DNA from: Cycas panzhihuaensis
Taxonomy: Eukaryota; Plantae; Cycadophyta
Reading direction: 5' to 3'
NCBI GenBank assembly: GCA_023213395.1
Contig: CM041465.1
Span: 90,837,741-90,901,740, forward strand
Length of the DNA stretch: 64,000 bases
Positions 49,289 to 61,624 of this stretch are shown here, in pieces. The notes beneath the pieces are model-generated. The model was not told where the DNA came from, made no database searches, and saw only the letters and a program-made list of their open reading frames with translations. Made by a program: the position numbers and the translations under genes. Every line of letters starts with the position of its first letter. Position 1 is the first letter of the stretch.

Positions 49289-51226
49289 GACAGAGTGGGG
49301 GAGGGATACCCCGAAATTTTGATTTTTTGGAGTTTTGTTGAGCAAGGATGCTCAAACCCATAACTGTTGACCCGGGATAGATGTTGGAGTCAAAAGTGAT
49401 CCAATGGCTGTGTGAGGACCAGAGGTAGGTCAGATAACCCGAGTTGTGCAGTGCACGTGCGGAGTACGCATGAGGCAAAACGCGAGAAAAACAAGCATTC
49501 AGGTGCGTGTGACGGTGCGTGCACGAACGGCAGTGCGTATGTAAACGTGCCGGTGGAACGGAATCAAGCAGCGGCGGTACGCATGACTCTAGGGGACTAG
49601 TGAAGACCTGTTGAGGTGCCAGACGTACGTACGGACGTACAGACCCAAAGGATTAATTAATTAAGGCTAAACAAAGTGATTAAGTGAAGAGGTACGCATG
49701 ACTGAAAGGGTACGGTTATGACAGGCAGTCATAACCCTTCAGCCAAAAGGTACCAGCATGAGTACTTAAGGAGGTACGCATGATTCACCTGGTTAGGGTG
49801 AGAGCCGGATATCACGGGTACGCAAGGGTGCGAGCCGCGATGCATGTAGGTTGGAGCATCACTGTATGATAAGTACCATCTGGGTACGCATTGTAACAGA
49901 AGGACTGTATGCTGCTGGAATGCTCAGGAATGCATTCCAGCCTCTATGTAAATGAATTGCTGACTTAATAAAAGGAAGAGTTATGTGGAAATTGGTGTAT
50001 GCTTGGTGTTGTGATGATGATTTGCTGAGTATGTATTGATTTCTGTACTGCTGTGTACCATTCTGTGAATTATATATGGAATGTATGTGAATGACCATGT
50101 TGACAGTATCCTGAAACTAGACTATAACGCTGTGTAACCTTGACAAGTGCAGTGATTCCACAAGGGCGTGGAATCTCCAAGTCAACAATTCTAAAGTCCA
50201 TAAACTTTATAGAATGACATTAAAATATTTTTAATACATTTTGAGATCTGCTTAGCCCTTGGAGGAGGTCGTATGGGAGATCGAGAGCCAATTTGAAAGG
50301 GGCTACATGTTTAATTTTTATTTATTTTTGTTTTTTAAGGGCTTGTGCTCTATAAAACAACTATATCTCTCTCATATGACATTCGAATTTAGTTTCGTTA
50401 GTTACATTGCAAAGCTAATTCATAGGCCTTTCCAACGCGTGGTCACACGATATGCTTTGAAGATTTTTCAAGGCAATCTTAATGATGTGAAGTTTGGACT
50501 TTAAGTTGATAGGGCGTTAAAATGGAGCCTGTGCCTGGAAAAGGAGTGTTTTGTCACATGTTTTGCTTAAATAACTATTTTTGTAGGTTTGTTCCACGAC
50601 GTAGTGGATGGAGTTGAGGGTTTTCAGCTAGGTTTTCTCCTTGGGGTGTAGGAGAGTCAGAAACGGCAAAATGGGAGCAGGTGAAGGCTACTTAGCATGT
50701 AAACACTGATGAACCATGTATAGGAAGGCCATTCTAGAGGACTGATAGGTACAATAGTTGCTTACCCATGTCCTCTGGTAGATGTTTGGCTTTTATGTGG
50801 ACCCGACGTCACATTTGAAGCAACTGTGTGACATGTATTAGATATTAAGTGGGGAATGTTAGGTAATGTTAACCCATGTGAATATTAAATTCATGTAATT
50901 ACCCCTTGCATACACTTCTTCATGTAATAGGTCATTGGTTGATCAAGTGGCTTCTAGATTGTGATTGGACGACTAGGTGGTGATATGTACTATAAATATG
51001 TATTGGTTTAGCATAATACAATTGGAATTGATCATTTCCCACAAGTATATTGTCTTATGTGTTTGTACATATTATTCTTTATTTGTCCACCTGCATGTCT
51101 TTAATATTTCATAGTCTTGTATGATCCCGGACCTGTTATTGGGCCTTTATTTTTAACAAGTGTTATCAAAGCTAGGGTTTAGTTCTGTGAGATCTAGGTC
51201 TATTAGAGTCAAGTGTTTTTAGAAAA

Positions 51227-52830
51227 AACATGGAATTGGTTGTTCTTTAGTCAACTCACGTGGCTTAATCAAACATTTGTTGAAGCATATACTGATGAAT
51301 TTTAGGCATTGTGAAATCAAGCTTCCTAATTCTTCAATCGACAAATGATTATTGATGTACATGTGTATGGACTTAAAGAGCGCATCCAATTGCGCCTTAA
51401 GGTGGTCCTGCCAATAAATCTTAGAAAAGCCATATCCATGGTAAAGGCAATTGAGTTTGAATTTGTAGTAGAACAACTAGCTATTTTCAAACGTGACTCT
51501 ACCTGGTACTAACGTCCTTGGCCAACAGACCAGCAACGTCCACATCCACGCTTGGATGAGTCACAATGCTCAACAATAGAGCCCTCTTTAGACCCTGTGC
51601 ATGTACTAGTAATATAAGCAAATAGGCGTATAGAGGCTAGCCTTTGCATCTGATGCTCGGAGAAGTGGACCCCCAGTCATGGTAGGGTATGCAAAGCTAA
51701 ATAAATGGTTTTCACCATTGATCCTGACTTATCCTTAAAAGAAGATTCATATACTAGACATGAGCCTGATGAAGAAGCATCGTAAGAACCTTCCTCATAT
51801 CTCAAACCAGAAGTCTCTTTGTTACTCGTTTCCTCTGCATCTTGCCTTGACACACTTCACATCAAGGGTACACTCCAGAAAACCCCTATTACTATTCTGA
51901 TTGACGATCCACTTGATTTCATTGACATATCCTTGGCCAGACAACTCAACTTATACATTGTCCCCAAAACTAGGTTCCATTGTTCCCTATTAGGATATAA
52001 TACTCCCCACTGTGCAGGGATGATCAAAAACTTGCATATTTAGATTGGTACTTACCACTTAGTCTTGAGTTTTTATGCTTTGTCTATAAGAGGGTTGGAT
52101 GCTCTTCTTGGTGTCTAGTGGCTCCAAACCCTTAGCACTTACAGCACAAACAACTCCCCTACTAACCCCTACATATTGTTCAAAGACAATCTTGGTCAAA
52201 CACATAAGCTCCATAGTATTCAATCTCTTCCTAATAAGCTTATTTCTCCAAACTAGATGCACAAACAACTGAATAGCAATGTTGGTATATAGTTCACATC
52301 AACAATATTGAAGCCCAGAGTACAACCCACCAAGATATCCAATACCTCCTCCCCAAATACTAGTCCATCTTTGCCCCCCTTTTTGCTAGCCCTCCCCCAG
52401 ATCGCGACTTTTACCACACAATTGAGCTCAAAACTCCTCATGACCCTATTGATCTTAGACCATATGGTAACTCATGTTTCCAAAAGAACGAAATTGAAAA
52501 ATCCACTACTAAGCTCATGGACATGGGCATCATTCAACTCAGTAAAAGCCCTTATGTTGCCCCCATTGTCCTTATTCAGAAAAAGGATGGCTCCTTTCGA
52601 CTATGTGTGGATTATTGAGAATTCAATAAGATTACAATAAAAAATAAGTTTCCAACCTCTAGAATTGATGACATGTTGGATGAAATCCATGGTGTTGCAA
52701 TATTTTCCAAACTAGATCTCCAATCGGGATATTACCAAACCCTATTGCCCTTAAGGATCGACATAAAATTGCTTTCCTCACATGCCATGGTCATTTTGAA
52801 TTTCAGGTCATGCCCTTTGCCTTATGTAAT
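51227..52830 (+). pseudogene. Element A gag C-terminus, protease and RT N-terminus
   Basis: LCI*CSEKWTPSHGRVC knuckle; TLHIKGTLQKTPITILID; KKDGSFRLCVD; [22 protein letters not shown]; VMPFALCN, interrupted by E. Confidence 0.88.
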
Positions 52831-55800
52831 TGTTAAGATTCAGGCTTCTCAGATTGATGAAGAAGAAACCAATTGATTATTATGTGAGGAAATCCTCCTT
52901 TTTATACATCAGACTATGTAACCGTTACATGGTTATTACAACTAAACATGTAGATTAAGCACAATGAGGGTTTAATTACATTACCCCTCTTCTTTAATAG
53001 TTCTAGGAGAAAACATTATACTCTAACACCTTCTCTTAATGTTTTATCCTTTTTAGTCTTATTCTTTCTCTGAGAATTTGAAATTTCTCTGCCAAGAGAT
53101 TTTGTTAAAATATTTGCAATCTGACTTGTTGTGGGACAATATGTTAGATTAATTTCTTTACGTTGCACCTTTTCTCGGATGAAGTGATGATGTACTTCTA
53201 TGTGATTTATTCATACATGCAGAATAGGATTTCTGGTCAACTTTATTGCACTCTGATTATCACAGAATAATGTTGTTGGCTCTTGTTGCAGTTGATTCAT
53301 GTCCATTAACAGTTGTCTGAGCCAGAGTGCTTCACATGTTGCACTGACTGCCGACTTGTATTCTGCTTCAATTGATGAAAGAGCAACTATTGGTTGCTTT
53401 TTGTTGCACCATAAAATGGTGGCTGAACCCAAGAAGAAATAGTATCCATTGGTGGATCTCCTAGTCTCTTTGTCTTCTGCCTAGTCAGAGTCCCAATGCC
53501 CAACCAATTGAGTTGATTTCTCTTTGTTGTATACTAGTTTTAGATCTATAGTGCCTTTTAGGTATCTGAGTATCCTTTTAGTTACCTTCCAATGTTTCAT
53601 TTTCGGTTCTTGCATGTATTTAGAAACCAGACCTACTAAATGTGAGATGTTAGGTCTTGTGGCAGTGAGATAAATAAGACTTTCCATCAATTGTCTATAA
53701 AAAGTGCCATCAATTGTAGGTTCTATTTCATCTAGGACTAAATTGCAATTTACTTCCATAGGAGTTGCACATTCATTGCAGTTCTCCATCTGAAATTTAA
53801 CTAACACATCTTTGGTGTATTTGCCTTGTGAAAGTATAATTGACTTTTCATTTTGTTCAATTTCTATTCCCAAGTAGTAGTTCAAAGGACCTAAATCTAT
53901 CATTTCAAAATCCTTTTCCAGTTGACTCTTTATATTTGAGATGGATTTGGTGTCGTCTCGAGTAAGAATCATGTCATTAACATAGACAACAATGATTGAG
54001 ATTTTTCCAGCATTTCTTTTTACATAAAGGCTAGAATTAGAATTGCATCTGTGGAAGCCGTTTTGAGACAAATGTTTGTCCAACTTAGCATACCAAGCTT
54101 TGGGAGCTTGTTTCAATCCGTACAATGCGTTTTTAAGTTTACATACCAAATGCTCTTGTCCTACCTTGACATAGCTTTCTGGTTGCCACATGTAGACTTC
54201 TTCCTCCAGATCTCCATTTAAAAATGCACTTTTGACATCCGGTTGGTAAATATTCCAATTGTTTTAGGCTACTAATGCAATCATTGTTCGAACTGTATTC
54301 ATTTTAGCCACAAGTGAGAATGTTTCATCCAAGTCAATCCCAACGGTTTGAGTGTATCCTTTTGCCACAAGTCTCGCTTTGAATTTTCCTATTCTCCCAT
54401 CAACACCTTCTTTTACCTTATACACCCACTTGCAATTGACCACTGGTTTATTTGGAGGGAACTCTACTAGATCCCAAGTTTGATTTTTTGCAATAGCATC
54501 CATTTCTGCATTCATTGTTGATCTCCATTCAGCATGCTCCTTTGCTTCTTCAAGTGATTGTGGCTGTAATCTGCTGAAGAGGGCTTGATGTTGCTGACTT
54601 CTGGTTCTGTGTGTAAACATATTTCCTCTTCCTTCTTCTATGGTTTTAATGTACCATTTTGGTGCCTTTTTCTACTTCCTTGGTGCTTCAATAATTGATT
54701 CTTTTGATGATTGTTCTTCAGTGTGAGGAGTAGATTCAAATTCTTCCAACTCAGTTTTAGTAGTTACTCCTGATTCTTCAACAAGAGATTCCTTTTGGAG
54801 CTCAATCCTAGGTACTTCTTCAATTGTTTGTACCAAAGATTTGATCTCTATAGGGATTTATTCGTTAAAGACTACATCCCTACTTACATAAATTTTATTA
54901 GTGTTGGGATCTATGTGCCTGTATCCCTTTGAGTTTTTATTGTAACCAATCATAATGCATTCTATGCATTTTGAATCAAGTTTTGTCCTGTTTTTATCTG
55001 GAATATGAACAAAGGCCTGGCTACCAGAAATTTTTAAGTTACTTACATCATGCTTCCTTTTTGTCCAAGCTTCTTCAGGTGTTATCTGCTGCAATGCTGT
55101 GGTCAGACTCCGATTTGTCAGAAAACACGATGTACTTATTGCTTCCGCCTAATAAGTTCTTGAGATTTGTTTTCCATGAATTGTGCTACGTGCCATTTCC
55201 ATTATGGTTCTATTTTTTCGTTCAACTACACCGTTGGACTGAGGCGTATAGGGGGTTGTGAACTATCTTCATATACCTTTAGTTTTGCAGAAGTCTAGAA
55301 ATTCTTTTGAAATATATTCACCTCCATTATTAGAATTGATACATTTAATTTTACATCATGATTCTAACTCTACTTTAGCTTTGAATTCTTGAAATGTATC
55401 AAACATTTCTGACTTATTATGAGTAAAGTACACTCACACCTTCCTAGTGAAATCATCAATGAAAGTCAAGAAATATTTAGAGCCATTTATGGACAGTGGT
55501 GTTAGAGGACTACATAAATCTGTGTATTAGCTCTAGTTTTTCTTGAGCATGCCATTCGTTGGTTCTGAAGGGAAAACGATGTTGTTTTCCAAATTGACAA
55601 CTTTTGCAAACAAAATGCTTTGATGAAATAGAAGGAAGCCCATTAACTATATTGTTCTTTTTCATCATTTCTAATTTATCTACAGGGAGATGTCCATACT
55701 TCAAATGCCACACTTTCTTATTATCATTAGAATTTACAATAGAGAATGCTTTTACATCCATATTTGGATAGACAGGAATGGACAACAGTTTATACAAGTC

Positions 55801-58022
55801 ATTGTACTTTTCCCTTAGCAATGACTGCACTGCCTTTTTTCATGTCCAACACATAACACATGCCCTTTTCATCAAATATGGTTCTCAACCCCTTGTTGCT
55901 TAGTTGGGATATTGACAGAAGGTTCATCTTAAGCCTAGGTACAAAAAGTACATTACTGATTTTCTTGACACAACCTTGTAGATTCACAATGGTCCCTACT
56001 CCTTTAATGTTTAAAGGGTACTTATCTCCTAGTTTGACTGATTTTGAGGAATAGGCTTTGATGGACTTGAACCAATCCTTTCTGCTTGTCATGTGCCGTG
56101 ATGCTCCCGAGTCAATGTACCACATGTCCTCATCTTGAAGGCTGGCTGATAGAGCGACAATGAAGGCAGTTTCTTCTTCCTCTTCCTCAGATTGTTCTTT
56201 GCTATAATTTTTGGTTGGTCTCTTCCCTCTCTAAATCTCTGCTCTTTGTTGATGACATTGATATGGATAATGTCTTGACTGTCCATAGTGATAACAAACA
56301 TCAAACATGCGGCATTGGCTTGAAAAGTGTTTGGGTTTACCATAGTTAAAGCAGACTTGAGCATCTCTTGGAGGATACATGCGACCGCGTCTCCTGTTTT
56401 CTAAGCATTTTCCTCGTGAAGGAGTCCTAGACTCAAGAGTACGTCCTCTGCGTCTAAATCATCCTCTTCCTCTTGAGCCTCCTGTGTTTAATTTCGTCAC
56501 AAAGGCATCTTCGATTTCGTTAATGTCTTCGTATCTTTTGTTTCTTTGTTCCTGTCTCAACAACATACCAGTCAGTTCATCAATAGTCATTTCTTCAATG
56601 ATACCAGTATTGGTTATTGTATTGATGGTTACAACCAATACCTTTGGAAGTTTTCTTGCTACCATTTCAACTATTTCTCTTTTAGAGATGGTTGCCCCGG
56701 TACTCAAGAGTTCATTCCAGATAGTAGTGACTTTATGAATGAAGTTCACTACTGTTTCTATTTCTTTCATAACCAATTTAAATAACTCCTCTTTTAGGGT
56801 TATAACCCTTGCTCTATTCTTTTGGGCATAGAGATTTTCAAAAGGCTTCCAAATTTGGGAGCAAGAATTTGATTTGTTAGTGTATATTATAAGATGATTA
56901 GAGACTAACAATTTCAAAGTTATTACTCTTAGATTATTCCTTTCTTTCCAATTTTTCTGGGCATCTCCTTTAGTTTCTAGCATTTTTTTCTTCCCCAATG
57001 GTTAATTCCCAGGAATTTTTGCCATGCAACAAGGCTTCCATTTTAATTCTCCAAACATGGTAATTGTTCCCAGTCAGTTTATCTGTATCATTGAGGCCCA
57101 AAATTGAGGATGCCATGATTGTATTGAGTCAAAAGCAAATCTGATAAGTTAGGCAGGTCTGAGAGATAAGGATCGTATAACTGTACGGATGTCTGTACGG
57201 ATTTCCGTACGGATTTGAAGTTGTATGAAATTATTCAAAAAATACCGTAAACTGTAGATCACTCAAATGGGTATCCAGATTTATGATTCCTTTTTTAATT
57301 TTTTTTTCAGACAGGAAGAAAATGGGGCTCGAAGTTTTGATTTGCTCACTTAGGGTTTTATAAAAAATGCTTGAAAAATCCGAAAATGGGCACGAAAATT
57401 TGCAAGACTAGTATCAAAAGAACCAAATTTCGAAAACAAAGAGAATGAATTCAATATTACCCGATTTGACAAACAGATTTGATTAGAGTGAACAATTTTC
57501 TCCTCAAACTCGCTTGTATAGAAAAACTGGATTTTCTCCTTGAAAAAGTCTTCAAATGAAGTCGACTTAGTTAAAAGAAATGACGTCTGTCTAGAGGTGC
57601 ACCCACTAGTAAAATTTTAGATCACTCTGAGAACTTCGGAAATTTCGAGTCCGCACTTGTCCGTACAATTCTATACAAATCCGTATGGTGAGATATTCTG
57701 TCATTTGATGACTTTATCTTCTTCTGTGAATGATTTGACGCAATCTTGAACCCCTTCACACAATCTCGCTGAAAAACGTTTCCTCAGAATTATCGAATGA
57801 GCAGCACAACCTGCTTTGATACCATGTTAAGATTTAGGCTTCTCAAATTGATGAAGAAGAAACCAATTGATTATTATGTGAGGAAATCCTCCTTTTTATA
57901 CATCAGACTATGTAACTGTTACATGGTTATTACAACTAAACATGTAGACTAAGTATAATGAGGGTTTAATTACATTACCCCTCTTCTTTAATAGTCCTAG
58001 GATAAAACATTATACTCTAACA
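52831..58022 (-). mobile_element. Element E: Ty1/Copia inserted in the RT of A
   Basis: 198-bp LTRs at 52831-53028 and 57825-58022 (about 8 substitutions by eye), perfect TSD GTAAT, PBS TGGTATCAAAGC at 57824-57813, PPT TTAAGAGAAGG next to 53028. Confidence 0.96.
53060..57116 (-). pseudogene. Copia E gag-pol, lightly disrupted
   Basis: KLTGNNY..W (gag); WYIDSGASRHMT (PR); WHLKYGH...CKSCQFGKQHR (INT); FKARLVAKGY, LYGLKQAP, VYVND (RT); [18 protein letters not shown] (RH). Confidence 0.94.
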
Positions 58023-60300
58023 GTAATGCCCCAACCATATTTCAAGCTCTAATGAATAAAGTATTTGCACCTTACCTCTTAAATTTGTCATCGTTTTTTT
58101 TGATGAGATACTTATTTATAGCTCCTGCATGCCCCACAACCTCTAACACTTAGAAGCTGTCCTCCAAATTCTCGCTCAACAACGACTTTATGCCAAGTTA
58201 TTGAAATGTGAATTCAATAAATTTGAATTATAGTACCTTGGCCACATCATTTTCTCTAAAGGCGTCTGAGTTTACCTTGGCAAAATTTCTGTTATTACTG
58301 CTTGGCCAACGCCCAAAAATCTCACTCAATTATGAGCTTATCTCGGGCTCATGGGATTTTACTAATGTTTTGTCAAAAGTTATGCTTCTTTGACTGCCCT
58401 GTTAACTAACCTTCTTTGAAGGGACTTGTTTCAATGGCCCTAAGCTATAAATGATACCTTTAGTTAGTGTAAGACGATCATGACGTCCACCTTGGTCTTG
58501 CCACTCCAAAATTTTTCCAACCCTTCAAACTTGAATGCGATGCCTCGAGATTTGGCTTGGCTGTTGTGCTCATGTGAAACTTTCACCCGATCGCAATTGA
58601 AAGCCATAAGCTTAAAGATCATAAATGCCGGTTGTTCACGTATCAGAAAGAAATGAAAGCTATCTTGCATGCAGTAGATAAATGGCGTCAATATCTGTTT
58701 GGCTCCAAATTCGCCATTTTAATAGACCATCATAGCCTTTGTCATCTTTTTTGACCAACTGGTCTTGTCTGAAGAACAAGCCTAGTGGATCAATTGAATT
58801 TAGACGTTTAATTTCACCATAATGTATAAGAAGGGAAAGGACAATGCTGCCGCTGATGCCCTCTCCTGTCTTCCCCTTGAACCCACCATTCATTCTATCA
58901 ACCAACCCTAACCCACTTGGTTAATAGATCCAACCATTGCTAACCAATCCCAACCTGACTACACCCAATGGACTACACAAGTCCACACTCAAAAGGATTG
59001 GTCTCTGCATAACAATCATCTCCTATGTAAAAATCGCATCTTCGTCCATCTTGCATCCCCGTTCATTCCTTGCATCCTATCCAAATATCACTCCACCCCT
59101 TTAGGAGGTCATTTTGACATTTGACAAAATCTATTGATGTGTTTGCATCGACTTTTATTGGCCACATATGAGATCGACTATCCTTACTTCTGTTTTTGAA
59201 TGTGACAAGTGCCAACAAAACAAAATAGACAAAAAGGCTGAGCCAGGACTCCTTTAATGCTTATATATTCCCCAAGGTAAATGACAGGACATTGTAATGG
59301 ATGTCATCATTGGCTTGCTATCATCTATTGGGTTTGATTCTATCCTAGTCATCATTGATAAGACAACCAAGAATGTCTACTTTTTTCTAGTTCACACCTC
59401 TTATAAGGCATCTCACCTTGCTGACTTATACATCTAGTTTGTTTTCCATCTCCATAGGTTCCCCTTAACAATAATCTATGACTGGGATCCCAAGTTTACT
59501 AGTTCATTCTAGCAGGAACTCTTTCGCGCCTTGAGAACTTCATTCAATATGAGTTCAACTTACCACCTGCAAACTAATGGTTAGTTGGAGGTCCTTAATA
59601 AAACACTAGAAACCTATTTGCGTTGTTTTGCTTTAGAACACTAGAGTAAATGGACATCTTGGTTAGCCCTCGTAGAATACTGGTATAATTCATCCCATCA
59701 CTCTACTATCGGTATGTCTTGATTCATGGCCCTTTATGGTTATCCCTTACCATCTCACCATACCTTGGCAACCAACTTGCAACTTGTTGTTGTCCAACAA
59801 AAAATCTAGGACATGGATCAAATACTCCATACCCTCAAATAGAGCTTAGCCTTTTGCCTAAAACCACATGAAACAACTTGCTGATTGCCATTGTTTCGAT
59901 TGTTTATTTTCAATAGGTGACTTGGTATCTCTTTGCCTTCAACCTTACAAGCAACAATCCGTTAAGAGAAATAGAAACCACATGGTCAACCCCTATTATT
60001 ATGACCAATACAAAGTATTTCAATGAATTGGTGAAGTTGCTTACATTCTTTGACTCCCTCTTAACACTAAGATTCACAATGTTTTCCATGTTTCGTTCCT
60101 CAAAAAACATCTTGGTAAAGCCACCGTGCCCCAAATTGTCCTCCCAATCCTTGATAAAAAACAACTCCTCACTGTTCCTCTAGACTGTGTCTTAGCTAGT
60201 CGATAGCGCTGCCTTTGCAATATGATCATCTCTGAGTATTTGGTGCAGTGGGTCGACTGTGAATTGGAAGAAGCAATGTGGGAATCAATATAATTTATTA
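58023..60300 (+). pseudogene. Element A RT C-terminus, RNase H, integrase and chromodomain
   Basis: Resumes NAPTIFQALMN; VFFDEILIYS; FKLECDAS; GKDNAAADALS; HSTPLGGHF; DPKFTSSF; chromodomain EYLVQWVDCELEEAMWE at about 60230-60290. Confidence 0.9.
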
Positions 60301-60355
60301 ATTAGAATCGACATCTTCTTGGCTTTGGGGACACAACTTCTTAGGGGAGTGGACT

Positions 60356-60754
60356 TGTTACATAGCTAATTGTTGACAACGGGACCAGACTGCTAGCACA
60401 TGTGACTGAGGAACCTAATTATTAGTGCTATCCATTAACCTTTGTGCATGGGCTGCTTACTCTTGTCAATGGAATGTATACCGCCTACACCAACGAATGG
60501 GATTCCATGAGAGAGGTCTTCGTTGTCTATTTAAGGCCCTATCAAATATAGATGGATCATTATTATGTGTTGAGATCTTATGTAAAGAGCATACCGCGGT
60601 ATGACTTTGGTGTCCATTCAGTGCTTATTTTGTGCATTCTATTCTTCTTGTTAATAAAAGAATAGTTGGTTGGTTGAGTTGATATTCTTATATTGTGTTC
60701 TTTGAGTTCCCTAACTCAAATATTTGTGGTGAATATCAGGACAGAATTGTCCCA
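60356..60754 (+). repeat. 3' LTR of element A
   Basis: TGTTAC...GTCCCA. Aligns with 27010-27083 joined to 35867-36182. Confidence 0.9.
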
Positions 60755-61602
60755 TCAACTTCCACTGCATAAAGTTGGTTTCTTCTTGAGCATACCTTAA
60801 GATGGCCTAGAAACCACTTTTCATTACATCATCAACATTTTTCACTCTGAATCGCTTTTTTAGCCTCTAAAGCATGACTTGCAAGTAAAGGTTGATTTAT
60901 GAAATCAGGTTGTCACCTAGGAGGAATGTACAAGGAGATTTATGCTTGTTGCTTGACCTCAACTTGTCTTGCAAGACTGATGGCTTTCTCTAATATGGCA
61001 GGTTGAAACATTTTGGCTTTAGCACCAATGTTTGGCTAAATGTTAGCCTAGTAGAATTGTACTATTTCTTTATTTGAAATGGCCATTTTGAGTTGGAGTT
61101 TCTCAAAATGTTCTATAAATTCCTTAGTTGACAAATCATGTTGAAAACAATGTGACAACTGGACCTTATGTGGAGTAGAGTTAGGTCCTTCTATTCACTT
61201 GTGGATGGCATTGACAAAGTCTTCCTAGACAATGTAACCACAACTTGAATACCATTTTTGTAGCCATGTGAAGGTATGTCCTAAATAGTAAATGGCAAAT
61301 CTGGTTTGATCGGCTTTCTTTGGAATAGGGATATCCTTGAAAGCGACTAAGAGCATGGAGATCCATTCATCAAGATCAATTGTTCCCTTAAGGCTATAAT
61401 TAGGAATGATAAGTTGCGTTTTGTATTGGATTGTGACCTTGTTGTTGCTATTTTGATTGTGGTGAGAGTCAGGTGTTTCGGGTCTATGGTCAATTTGCAT
61501 AGACATAAGCTTTTGGAGGATGTTGTTTATTTGTTTCATCCATTGTACAATAGCATCAAGACAAGCACTAATATCAATGGTAGCATCACCTTGATTGACC
61601 AT
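60755..61602 (-). pseudogene. Element Z gag (5' part)
   Basis: MVNQGDA...IIPNYSLKGTIDLDEWI...FAIYYLGHTFTWLQKW; KMFQPAILEKAISLAR; *CNEKWFLGHLKVC. Joins in frame to sequence left of 27005 once A is removed. Confidence 0.8.
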
Positions 61603-61624
61603 TCTTTGTTTTTTCTTATATTCT

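Larger units (their letters stand above)
39761..50187 (+). mobile_element. Element C: near-complete non-chromovirus Ty3/Gypsy inserted in D
   Basis: LTRs 39761-40572 and 49382-50187 (TGTTG...CAACA), perfect TSD ATTCT at 39756-39760 and 50188-50192, PBS-like TTGGTTCCGTTGCC at 40573. Confidence 0.96.
38029..51221 (+). mobile_element. Element D: non-autonomous LTR element with no recognisable coding domain, inserted in A gag and itself interrupted by C
   Basis: LTRs at 38029-38420 and 50857-51221, TSD GAAGA/GAAAA (one mismatch), PBS TGGTATCAGA at 38423, PPT AAGTGGGGAA at 50847-50856. About 2 kb internal sequence after removing C. Confidence 0.85.
27010..60754 (+). mobile_element. Element A: chromovirus-type Ty3/Gypsy, expanded to 33.7 kb by nested insertions
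   Basis: TSD TCAAC at 27005-27009 and 60755-60759. 5' LTR 27010-36182 (split by B) matches 3' LTR 60356-60754. PBS TGGTATTAGAGC 36185-36196, PPT AGGGGAGTGGACT 60343-60355. Order gag-PR-RT-RH-INT-chromodomain. Confidence 0.92.
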
